Below, in pieces: positions 17,192-25,734 of a DNA stretch of 64,000 nucleotides. The notes beneath the pieces were generated by a model that saw only the letters and a list, made by a program, of their open reading frames with translations, did no database searches and was not told the DNA's origin. The stretch is from an uncultured Prevotella sp. (GTDB taxonomy: Bacteria > Bacteroidota > Bacteroidia > Bacteroidales > Bacteroidaceae): the NCBI GenBank assembly GCA_946404925.1, contig CAMJFM010000007.1, positions 2,662 through 66,661 of the forward strand, read 5' to 3'. Position 1 is the first letter of the stretch. Every line of letters starts with the position of its first letter. The position numbers and the translations under genes are program-made.

Positions 17192-19564
17192 ATGAAAAAG
17201 CTATCGCTCACATTGCTCAGTCTGGTTCTGTTCATTGGCATGGCCTATGCACAGGGTCAGAGGCCTCAGCGACAAAGAGGCAGTCTGAAACAGCAGGTTC
17301 AGAACAAGCAGAAAATGAATTACGATGATTTCGTAAATGATGCCAACAAGAAGTACGAGGAATTCCGCGACAGCGTCAACAAGAAGTATGCCGACTTCAT
17401 GGAGAAGGCTTGGAAGGACTACCCCATCGAGGATGCTGTAGACCGCCCAAAGGAAGACGACCTCAAGCCTATCGAATACGACAAGATGACCGATGAGGAT
17501 TATCTTGAGGACATGAAGCGCCAGGAGGCCGAAAAGAAGCTGGCCGAAGAACAGAAGAAACGCGAAGAAGAGCAGGCCCGACTGATTGCCGAGAAGAAGA
17601 AGCAGGAGGAGGAGCAGGCCCGACTGGCTGCTGAACAGAAACAACGCGAAGAGGAGCAAGCCCGACTGCTGGAAGAGCAGAAAAAGCAGGAGGAAGAGCA
17701 GGCTCGCTTAGCTGCAGAGAAGAAGAAACAGGAGGAAGAACAGCTTCGCATAGCTGCTGAGAAGAAAAAACAGCAAGAAGAGAAGGCCCGCATACTGGCT
17801 GAAAAGAAAAAGCAGCAGGAAGAAAAGGCCAAACTGCTGGCTGAACAGAAGAAGCAGCAAGACGAGTTGAAACGTCTGGCCGCCCTGAAGAAGCAGCAGG
17901 AAGAGCAGCAGAAGTTGCTCGAGAAGCAGCAGAAGAAGGAAGAGCTGGCCAAACTGTTAGCCGAAAAGAAGAAGCAGGAAGAGCAGGAGAAGTTGGCTCT
18001 GCAGAAGCAGAAGGAACAGGAGCGCCAGCAGAAACTGCTTGAGGAGCAGCAGCGTAAGCAAGAAGAAGAGGCCCGACTGCTGGAAGAGAAGCTGAAAAAG
18101 CAGGAAGAGCAGCAGCGCCTGTTAGAGGAGAAGAAGAAGCAACAGGAAGAGAAAGCTCGTTTGCTGGCTGAAAAGAAAAAGCAGCAGGAAGAGCAGAAGC
18201 GCCTGTTAGAGGAGAAAAAGAAACAGCAGGAGGAGCAAAAACGTCTCTTAGCTGAACAAAAGAAGAAGCAGGAAGAGCAAGAGCGTCTGTTAGCTGAACA
18301 GAAGAAGAAGCAGGAGGAGCAGGAGCGCCAGCTGGCTGAGCAGAAAAAGAAGCAACAGGAAAAGCAGAGCAAGCCTATCGAGGCTGTAGTTGTGCCCGTT
18401 GTGCTCACCGTTCCCCCACAGCCAAAGCCACAGAATCCAATCGTAGAGAATAAGGTATCGATGGCTACCAGCGACTTCGATTTCTACGGCACACCTATGA
18501 AGGTAAGATGGGGTAATGCTGAGAAGTTCAAGCTTAATGGCACATCAAAGAAGGATATCTCTGATGCATTCCTCGAGCTCACCGATAAGGGTTACACCAA
18601 TCTGGTTCACGACTGTCTGGAGCTTCGCAAGGAGTACAAGCTTTGCGACTGGGCTTATTATAAGATGTTGCAGAACATCGCCGAGAAGGCTTGTGGCAAG
18701 GGCACCAACGAGGCCATCTTCCTCCAGGGTGTATTGCTCAACCAGTCAGGTTATCAGATTCGTTTCGCACTCGAAGACAATACCAAGCTGCACATCATGT
18801 CGCGCATGGACGGATTCCCATACGATCGCGGCTATTTGACCGCCGATGGCAAGTTGTTCTTCCTGATGGACGGTTGCAAGGCCAAGAACCTCACCGTTTG
18901 CGATGCAGCTTATCCTGGCGAGCAGATGATGAGCCTCGGAATAGCCGAACAGCCTGAATTAAAGAAGAATCTGTCGGACAAGCGTACCGTTATCTCGCGC
19001 TTCGTCAACGTATCGGCCGATATGCAGATGAACAAGAACCTGATGGACTTCTATACCGACTATCCTACATCTTACGATGGTAAGGACATGATGACTCGTT
19101 GGGCTTACTACGCTAACACCCCTGTAACAGCCGAGATAAAGGATAAGGTTTACCCACAGCTCAAGCAGCAGATAGGTAACGCACCAAAGCTGATGGCAGC
19201 CAACATGCTGCTGAACTGGGTTCAGATGGGACTTACCTATGCCTACGACGAAAAGGTTTGGGGTCACGACCGTGCATTCTTTGCCGAGGAGAGCTTGTTC
19301 TATCCATTCTGCGATTGTGAAGACCGTTCTATCCTCTTCTCACACCTCATTCGCGACCTGCTCGACCTCGATGTAGTACTAGTTTATTACCCAGGTCACC
19401 TCTACACAGCAGTATGCTTCAACGAGGATGTTACAGGCGATTACATCATGGTTAACGGTCGCAAGTTCACCGTTGCCGATCCTACCTATTACAATGCCAA
19501 CGTAGGTAAGACCATGAGTAAGATGGACAACTCGAAGGCCAAGGTAATCCTCCTGAAGCGATAA
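17192..19564 (+). CDS. Secreted transglutaminase-like (BTLCP/LapG-like) cysteine protease with a ~300-aa E/K/Q-rich helical insert
   Basis: Signal peptide; about 20 copies of a 14-aa repeat (EEEQARLLAEKKKQ-like); C-terminal DCEDRSILF...PGHLYTAV...VADPT supplies a Cys-His-Asp triad. Confidence 0.7.
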   Translation: MKKLSLTLLSLVLFIGMAYAQGQRPQRQRGSLKQQVQNKQKMNYDDFVNDANKKYEEFRDSVNKKYADFMEKAWKDYPIEDAVDRPKEDDLKPIEYDKMTDEDYLEDMKRQEAEKKLAEEQKKREEEQARLIAEKKKQEEEQARLAAEQKQREEEQARLLEEQKKQEEEQARLAAEKKKQEEEQLRIAAEKKKQQEEKARILAEKKKQQEEKAKLLAEQKKQQDELKRLAALKKQQEEQQKLLEKQQKKEELAKLLAEKKKQEEQEKLALQKQKEQERQQKLLEEQQRKQEEEARLLEEKLKKQEEQQRLLEEKKKQQEEKARLLAEKKKQQEEQKRLLEEKKKQQEEQKRLLAEQKKKQEEQERLLAEQKKKQEEQERQLAEQKKKQQEKQSKPIEAVVVPVVLTVPPQPKPQNPIVENKVSMATSDFDFYGTPMKVRWGNAEKFKLNGTSKKDISDAFLELTDKGYTNLVHDCLELRKEYKLCDWAYYKMLQNIAEKACGKGTNEAIFLQGVLLNQSGYQIRFALEDNTKLHIMSRMDGFPYDRGYLTADGKLFFLMDGCKAKNLTVCDAAYPGEQMMSLGIAEQPELKKNLSDKRTVISRFVNVSADMQMNKNLMDFYTDYPTSYDGKDMMTRWAYYANTPVTAEIKDKVYPQLKQQIGNAPKLMAANMLLNWVQMGLTYAYDEKVWGHDRAFFAEESLFYPFCDCEDRSILFSHLIRDLLDLDVVLVYYPGHLYTAVCFNEDVTGDYIMVNGRKFTVADPTYYNANVGKTMSKMDNSKAKVILLKR
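17513..18369 (+). repeat. Degenerate 42-nt (14-codon) coding tandem repeat region
   Basis: Recurrent gaagaagcaggaggaagagcag / gcccgactg units; the antisense shadow ORF is correspondingly Cys/Phe/Ser-periodic. Confidence 0.85.
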
Positions 19565-19568
19565 GCCT

Positions 19569-20774
19569 ATGAAGGTGCCCTTCTGGAATACAATAAAAGC
19601 GTGGATACGTCAGCGACGGAGATTGGTAACACTCTCCGTGCTGACTAGCACGGTTATCATCATATTTACCTATGTGATGGGTAACTCGGGCTATCCACTA
19701 CCAGGAGAAACGGGCGCCCTGAAGCAGATTACCGACTACAAGAAGTTTCTGGGCATGCAGATAGGCAACGTGCCCGATAGCATCCTGTTTGTCAACGTGT
19801 GTTACGACAAGATGCTCACACCTTACGAGGAAAACGAGGTGCCTGTGGGCAACATGGTTATTACCGACCGCGAGAAGCTGCTGCAGTTCCTCACCATAGC
19901 CAAGAAGGCCAACAACTACCGCTACATCTTTATGGATGTGTTCTTCGAAGAGGGCATGGAGACCGAGTACGACTCAGCACTCTTCCACACTATCACTTCG
20001 ATGGACCGTATCGTCATCCCCAAGCACAAGGGCGTAAACATGTGCGACACCACGCTCTATCAGAAGGCCGCTAATGCCGATTACGCCACCACCTGGCAGG
20101 CCCTCACTTTCTCGCGCTATCAGTACATACACGATGAGGACGAATCCGTGGCACTAAAGATTTATCAGGACCGCTTTGGTTCCGACATCAAGAAGCACAT
20201 GGGTGGATTGTGGTATACCGACAATGGCCGCTTGTGCCAGAATAGCGCCACGCTGTTGCTGCCTATCCGCATCACGGGCAGTCTGCTCGACGAGGAGGGA
20301 CAAGTGCGCGAGCGCAACTACATCTATCTGAGTGCCGACCTGCTCGACCTCGACGAGGTGATGCCCGTTAGCGAGCAGATTGAAGACAAGCTGATAGTGA
20401 TAGGCGACTTTAAGAGCGACGTACACTCCACGTTCCTTGGCATGCAGCCCGGATCGTCGATACTCTTCAATGGATATATAGCCCTATCGCAGGGTGCACA
20501 TCTGGTTAACTGGCCTTACATGGGTATACTGTTCGTCATCTACATCATCATCGGACTGTTCTACCTCTCGGGCCACTCCTTCTCATCGATGGTCATGAAC
20601 CCTTGGCTCAGCATCCTGCTATCGTTTCTCAGCACGGCTACGGTATTCCTGATTATAGCCCTTGTGGCCAGCTGGTACGATCTGGCGTTCAACATGTGGG
20701 TTCCCACTACCGTCTACTCTCTCTACGACACATTCATGCAGAAGTATAACATCTATAAAAATAAATCGAAATGA
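19569..20774 (+). CDS. CHASE2-like inner-membrane sensor lacking a cytoplasmic catalytic domain
   Basis: N-terminal TM; periplasmic IFMDVFF...LIVIGDF-SDVHSTFLG-QPGSSILFN (CHASE2-like); three C-terminal TM helices; very short cytoplasmic tail. Confidence 0.6.
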   Translation: MKVPFWNTIKAWIRQRRRLVTLSVLTSTVIIIFTYVMGNSGYPLPGETGALKQITDYKKFLGMQIGNVPDSILFVNVCYDKMLTPYEENEVPVGNMVITDREKLLQFLTIAKKANNYRYIFMDVFFEEGMETEYDSALFHTITSMDRIVIPKHKGVNMCDTTLYQKAANADYATTWQALTFSRYQYIHDEDESVALKIYQDRFGSDIKKHMGGLWYTDNGRLCQNSATLLLPIRITGSLLDEEGQVRERNYIYLSADLLDLDEVMPVSEQIEDKLIVIGDFKSDVHSTFLGMQPGSSILFNGYIALSQGAHLVNWPYMGILFVIYIIIGLFYLSGHSFSSMVMNPWLSILLSFLSTATVFLIIALVASWYDLAFNMWVPTTVYSLYDTFMQKYNIYKNKSK

Positions 20775-21418
20775 AACGACTACTCTTACTCAGTTGCCTT
20801 GGCATGTGGCTCAGCTACGCCAGTGCAGACAATTACAAGGTGCTGTTCGTCAACGATGCCAACCTTACTTATAATAATGGAAAAGCAGTCAAAGTGGGCG
20901 ACACCTTCAGCGATGTTGATGCCATCAAATGGCAGAAGGACAAGCAAGCCGTCAAGGTGTTCAACCTTACCACCAAGAAGCAGATGCTGATGCTTGGCAA
21001 GCAGTATATGCGCAAAACGGGTATGGAAGCACTCATCAGCAGCAAGCGCCTGTCTACCAACGACTTTATGGACACCAGCGATGCGCCTAAGACCATCTAC
21101 GAGAAGCTAGGCAGCGTGTTCGACAGTCAGTACGATCTGCTCGACCCCATCGAGCTTCCTGCTGATGTTGAGCTGAACGACAAGTGCTACTTCCAGGCCA
21201 CCTATAAGTATGGCGACACCATGCTCACCAAGAAGCTTAAGAGCAAGAACGGCAACACCGTTATCCTCGACAAGTCTATCTTCGAGGTTGATGGCAAGCA
21301 GTTAGGCCCTCGCGACGTCATCCTCTCCATCGAGTACGTCAACACCGAGGCTGGCATGCCCATCTTCGTTAAGGATGGCATCGAGGTAACCTACATCCCC
21401 GACACCCTCGACGAATAA
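20771..21418 (+). CDS. Secreted hypothetical protein (beta-rich N-terminus, loosely FecR-like)
   Basis: Signal peptide; ATGA overlap with the upstream stop; YKVLFVN...VKVGDTF. Confidence 0.5.
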   Translation: MKRLLLLSCLGMWLSYASADNYKVLFVNDANLTYNNGKAVKVGDTFSDVDAIKWQKDKQAVKVFNLTTKKQMLMLGKQYMRKTGMEALISSKRLSTNDFMDTSDAPKTIYEKLGSVFDSQYDLLDPIELPADVELNDKCYFQATYKYGDTMLTKKLKSKNGNTVILDKSIFEVDGKQLGPRDVILSIEYVNTEAGMPIFVKDGIEVTYIPDTLDE

Positions 21419-21446
21419 TTCATCACACCTTACATTTAATATTCCG

Positions 21447-21489
21447 AGTGCTGCAGGTTTTTTCTAGCTCCTTGCAGCACTTTTCTTTT
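21447..21489 (+). terminator. Intrinsic terminator closing the seven-gene operon
   Basis: AGTGCTGCA...TGCAGCACT stem followed by TTTCTTTT. Confidence 0.7.
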
Positions 21490-21555
21490 ATTATTGTTTG
21501 GCCAGTTTGCGGATTATTGTTACCTTTGCGGCCGAAATTTTTAAAAACCTAAATT

Positions 21556-23313
21556 ATGTTGAAGAGAAACCTATTTGCCATCGGCGTATTACTAGCCACC
21601 CAGTTCATGGTAGCTAAGGCCGATGTAGACCCTAATTTCCACATTTATCTTTGTTTCGGGCAATCAAACATGGAGGGCAATGCCCAATGGGAAGATGTTG
21701 ACACTGTAGTTGACTCGCGATTCCAGATGCTGGCTACCACCGATTTCGACAACCCCAAGCGTACCATGGGCAACTGGTATACAGCCAACTGTCCCATCGT
21801 AAGCCCTATAGGCAAACTTGGTCCAACCGACTATTTTGGTCGCACCATGGTGGCCGCCATGCCCACCAACGTTAAGATTGGCGTTGTGGCTGTGGCTATG
21901 GGCGGAAGCCCTATCGAGATGTTCGACAAAGACAAGTATGAGCAGAAACTGGCCCAGAATCCTAACGAATGGTGGGCCCAGATATCAAAGAACTACTATG
22001 GCAGCAACCCTTACGGTAGACTGATTGATATGGCCAAGAAGGCACAGGAATCTGGCGTTATCAAGGGCATACTGCTGCATCAGGGATGCTCAAACTGCGG
22101 TGATCCCAACTGGCCAAATATGGTCAAGAAGATATATAACGACATGCTTACCGACCTGAACCTGAAGGCAGAAGATGTGCCTCTGTTTGTTGGCGAGACC
22201 GAGTACGAGAATATGGGCGGAGGCTGCTCTGGCCATAATGCGGTGGTAGCCCAGATACCATCGGTCATCCCAACGGGTCATGTGGTAAGCGCCGAGGGTA
22301 TTCCTGGCAATGGCACCGATGCCTGGCACTTCTCAGCAGCAGGCTATCGCACATTGGGTAAGCGTTATGCCTACGAGGCCTTGAAGGTGATGGGAAAGGA
22401 TACCAAAGCCGACGCCGACTACAAGATGGCTGATAATCTGAAGAAATTCTTCAAACTGGAGAGCTTTGAGAATGCCGATGACATGACAGTAAGACTTGGC
22501 AGCACAAAGCGCTTGGCCGTTACGGGTAAGTTTGCCGATGGCCACACCGAACTGCTTACCAACGATGCCACCATCAGCAGCAACGACTTCACCATCGAAG
22601 ATGGCGTGCTGAAGGCAACCGAGGCCAAGAAAGGCGTGGTATCGATTGCTTACACCGATTTCCTAGGCAATCAGCTCCAGAAGGACATCAATGTTGAGGT
22701 GTCTGATCAGGGCCCCAACCACGTGCTGGTAGTTGATAATGGTACGGCTGGCTCAAACTCGTGGGACAAACAATGCAACACCATGCTCAATGCATCGATG
22801 ACCATTGGCAAGACCTATATCGTTACAGCTCGTATCAAGGCCGACAATCCTGGCGAGTGTGCACTTTGGCCCATCTGGACCACAAGTCCAAAGAAAAACC
22901 AATGGGGTGGTAGCGAGGATGTACAGTATCTGGCCGCAGTCAATCTGAAATCAGACTTCGATGAATACACTTGGAAGTTCACCGCCAACTTCGCTATCGA
23001 CAAGATTCAGTTTGCCTTCGGACTCATTGGCGGCAAGGTTTACTTCGACGATGTGTCGTGTGTAGAGGAAGGCACCACCACCGAGATGGTCATTAATGGC
23101 AACTTCGAGAGCGACGACCTCTCTAAGTGGGAAGTCATCAGTTGGAATGGTCAGAAGATGAGCATCCAGGAGTACGGCGTTACCTCCGGCATCAAGCAGA
23201 TTTCAGCCAGCAAGCTCCAGAGCAACGTCCGCTACAATCTGGCCGGCCAGGTGGTAGACGAGAACTACAAAGGCCTCATCATCCAGAACGGCCAGAAACG
23301 ATTGAATAAATAA
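21556..23313 (+). CDS. CE6/SASA-type acetylxylan esterase with Ig-like domain, CBM4-like module and T9SS C-terminal domain
   Basis: CFGQSNMEG (SGNH nucleophile), GILLHQG, DAWHF; CTD GVTSGI...YNLAGQVVDENYKGLIIQNGQK; own -7 box TACCTTTG at 21521-21528. Confidence 0.88.
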   Translation: MLKRNLFAIGVLLATQFMVAKADVDPNFHIYLCFGQSNMEGNAQWEDVDTVVDSRFQMLATTDFDNPKRTMGNWYTANCPIVSPIGKLGPTDYFGRTMVAAMPTNVKIGVVAVAMGGSPIEMFDKDKYEQKLAQNPNEWWAQISKNYYGSNPYGRLIDMAKKAQESGVIKGILLHQGCSNCGDPNWPNMVKKIYNDMLTDLNLKAEDVPLFVGETEYENMGGGCSGHNAVVAQIPSVIPTGHVVSAEGIPGNGTDAWHFSAAGYRTLGKRYAYEALKVMGKDTKADADYKMADNLKKFFKLESFENADDMTVRLGSTKRLAVTGKFADGHTELLTNDATISSNDFTIEDGVLKATEAKKGVVSIAYTDFLGNQLQKDINVEVSDQGPNHVLVVDNGTAGSNSWDKQCNTMLNASMTIGKTYIVTARIKADNPGECALWPIWTTSPKKNQWGGSEDVQYLAAVNLKSDFDEYTWKFTANFAIDKIQFAFGLIGGKVYFDDVSCVEEGTTTEMVINGNFESDDLSKWEVISWNGQKMSIQEYGVTSGIKQISASKLQSNVRYNLAGQVVDENYKGLIIQNGQKRLNK

Positions 23314-23321
23314 AAAAATAG

Positions 23322-23539
23322 CTCATCTCTCAAGAAATCTCTCAAAACGCCTTTATTTACAGGCATTCCGAGAGAATGGAGATGCTGAAAATCTCTCCCT
23401 AATCCCTCCCTAATCTCTCAAGGATCCCTCATAGCTACATGAGAGATTGCTGAGAGATTAGGGAGGGATTCCAAATATCTCTCATGCCTCTCAAACCCTT
23501 TATACACGGGCGTTTCAAGAGAATTCTTGAGAGATTGAG
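23322..23539. mobile_element. Nested-palindrome intergenic element (MITE/REP-like, non-autonomous)
   Basis: Imperfect 26-bp outer inverted repeats (23326-23351 / 23509-23534) and a perfect 20-bp inner inverted repeat (23401-23420 / 23451-23470); no ORF. Confidence 0.55.
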
Positions 23540-23612
23540 GGATTTTTTGTTATAACAACAAAAATACTTATCTCAATAGTTCTACATATTACATAAAAAA
23601 GCCGCATATTTG

Positions 23613-23693
23613 TTCCCAGTAAGGGAACAATTGATTCCCAACTTGGGAACATTTTATTCCCAGTTAGGGAACATTTCATTCCCAAGCTGGGAA
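23613..23693. repeat. Four palindromic TTCCC-N5-GGGAA units with exact 22-bp period
   Basis: Units start at 23613, 23635, 23657 and 23679. Confidence 0.9.
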
Positions 23694-23763
23694 GTATTAA
23701 AAATAAATTCGCCATATTCTTTGCACTTTGCTGGTTTTTTATTATCTTTGCAACCGAAAAGAA

Positions 23764-25437
23764 ATGGAACTAATAATACTACGTAGCAAAATGAAACTAG
23801 ATTATCGCCGATTGGTGTTGCTGGTTGCTGTATGCGCTGGGATGCTGACTACCATTGGAGTCAGAGCACAATCAAACCTGCAGATACAGCAGATTACCAT
23901 TGGCCTTGACGCCAACTATGCTCCACTGCAATCGGTTGACAAAAACGGACTGCCACACGGATACGACGTAACCTTTACCCGCGCGCTGATGAGTCGCATG
24001 GGCGTAAAGTTCTACTATGTGCCGAACTCGTGGAAGAAAGTGGAAGAGCAGGTGATGAAAGGAGACATAGACCTGGCAATGATGGTATATTCGGCTTATC
24101 GCAAGGATAGCGTGTTCTACTCGCGCCCGATATTCCGACTGTATTATCAGGTGGTATACCGCAAGGCTGACTATAAGAACTTTGACTTCCGCAACATAAA
24201 AGGTAAGACATTTGCCTTCTTGAACTCGCGCCCAATAGGCGAGCTGATGGAACGCGAAGGCGGCAAAGCCATAAAAGTGTACGACCTGGACGAGGCGATA
24301 CAAGACCTGGCCAAGGGCATGTACGATGCCGTGATCTGCTATCGCTATCAAGCCAAATACCTTATTGAGCACTACCATCTGGACCAGTTGCAAGCAGAAG
24401 ACATATCGATGCAACCCCGCGAGTACTGCTACGTGAGCCACAACCAAGAGCTGATAGAGGACATCAGTCGTGAGATAGCTATGATGGAGGCCGAAGGCAT
24501 GATAGACGAGATATACGGCGACGGCATCATGGCACCCACAAAAAATCAGATTCCCGTGTGGGTTTGGTATCTGTTTGGCGGACTGGGCGTGCTGTTTGTT
24601 GGGGCATACATTATCCTATCTTACAGGTCGCGCAAGAAGTTGAAGATAGCCAACGCCATGCTCGAGACCAACTACAAGATTCTGGAAATGAGCCATATGG
24701 AGCTGGAGGAGACCAACCGAAAACTGATAGCTGCAACCGAAAGGGCCGAGGAGTCATCGAAGATGAAGAGCAACTTCATCAAGCAGATATCGCACGAGAT
24801 ACGTACGCCACTGAACATTCTGAGTGGATTTACACAGGTACTGACCACATCGGGGGTAGAGCTGAACGAAAACGAGAAGAACAAGATAACTCACGATGTA
24901 GTTGAGAACACCAACCGCATTACCGGCTTGGTAAACAAGATGCTGGAGCTGAGCGATGCTGGCAGCCGAAACGTGATAGAGCGTAAAGACAAGGTGATGC
25001 CCGCCCAGATAGCTGGCGACGCCATCGCCGCGACAAGCATAGCCGACACTAAAGGCATAGACTTCGAACTATCGATAGAGCCCAAAGCCGAGAACCTGAT
25101 TGTTACGACCAATCTGAATTCGGCCGTACGATCGCTCTCGCTGATACTGGACAACGCCCGCAAGTTTACAGAGAATTCGGTCAATAGGAGCATCAAACTA
25201 AGTGTTAAGGCCAAACCCGAAACCATAGAGCTGGCTGTAGAAGACAACGGTATAGGCGTGCCCCCCGAAGAGGCCGAACGCATATTCGAAGAGTTTGTGC
25301 AGCTTGACGAGTTCTACGAGGGAACGGGTATAGGATTAACAATAGCCCGAAGCCTGGCCCGCCGTATGGGTGGCGATGTGATACTTGACACCAGCTACCA
25401 TCCAGGAGCAAGATTTGTTCTAACATTACCAAGATAA
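23764..25437 (+). CDS. Sensor histidine kinase with periplasmic solute-binding (family 3) domain; no receiver domain
   Basis: GLDANYAPLQ...GYDV; TM; H-box FIKQISHEIRTPLN; N-box LDNARKFT; G boxes EDNGIG and GTGIGL. The start was moved downstream of the -7 box TATCTTTG, so 23764 or 23791 is more likely than 23728. Confidence 0.9.
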   Translation: MELIILRSKMKLDYRRLVLLVAVCAGMLTTIGVRAQSNLQIQQITIGLDANYAPLQSVDKNGLPHGYDVTFTRALMSRMGVKFYYVPNSWKKVEEQVMKGDIDLAMMVYSAYRKDSVFYSRPIFRLYYQVVYRKADYKNFDFRNIKGKTFAFLNSRPIGELMEREGGKAIKVYDLDEAIQDLAKGMYDAVICYRYQAKYLIEHYHLDQLQAEDISMQPREYCYVSHNQELIEDISREIAMMEAEGMIDEIYGDGIMAPTKNQIPVWVWYLFGGLGVLFVGAYIILSYRSRKKLKIANAMLETNYKILEMSHMELEETNRKLIAATERAEESSKMKSNFIKQISHEIRTPLNILSGFTQVLTTSGVELNENEKNKITHDVVENTNRITGLVNKMLELSDAGSRNVIERKDKVMPAQIAGDAIAATSIADTKGIDFELSIEPKAENLIVTTNLNSAVRSLSLILDNARKFTENSVNRSIKLSVKAKPETIELAVEDNGIGVPPEEAERIFEEFVQLDEFYEGTGIGLTIARSLARRMGGDVILDTSYHPGARFVLTLPR

Positions 25438-25484
25438 AAAAAAGAGTGCTGAACATCGATGATGATCAGCACTCATTGCTTTTA
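25436..25484. terminator. Bidirectional terminator between the histidine kinase and tRNA-Leu
   Basis: GAGTGCTGA...TCAGCACTC stem (25444-25474) with an A-run before and a T-run after. Confidence 0.7.
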
Positions 25485-25496
25485 GGAGTGACTTAG

Positions 25497-25578
25497 TACC
25501 CAGACCCGGGATCGAACCGGGATGGATTGCTCCACTGGTGTTTGAGACCAGCGCGTCTACCGATTCCGCCATCTGGGC
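25497..25578 (-). tRNA. tRNA-Leu(CAA), CCA not encoded
   Basis: GCCCAGATGGCGGAATCGGTAGACGCG-CTGGT-CTCAAAC-ACCAG-long variable arm-GGTTCGATCC-TCTGGGTA; upstream -7 box TATCTTTG. Confidence 0.97.
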
Positions 25579-25734
25579 TTGACAGTTCAAGCTATTTCAT
25601 CTCCTAAAGCGGGTGCAAAGATACTACTTTTATTTGAATTGACAAAAGAAAATAAAAAAAAACTTAGTTTTTCTTGTTTGTATCACAATTTATTCGTATC
25701 TTTGTAGGTAGAATTAATGCTAAAACCCTAGTGA

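Noticed and set aside
17500-18408. 302-aa Cys/Phe/Ser-rich ORF on the minus strand
   Set aside because: Antisense shadow of the E/K/Q repeat; stop codons are absent because of codon bias. It has no promoter or signal of its own.
23613-23693. Possible CRISPR array
   Set aside because: The period is 22 bp with 5-7-nt variable parts, far shorter than CRISPR spacers, and no cas genes are present.
13300-25497. Genomic island integrated at the tRNA-Leu 3' end
   Set aside because: I found no duplicate of the tRNA 3' end (GTACCCAGACCCGG) at plausible left borders and no integrase. It remains possible but unsupported.
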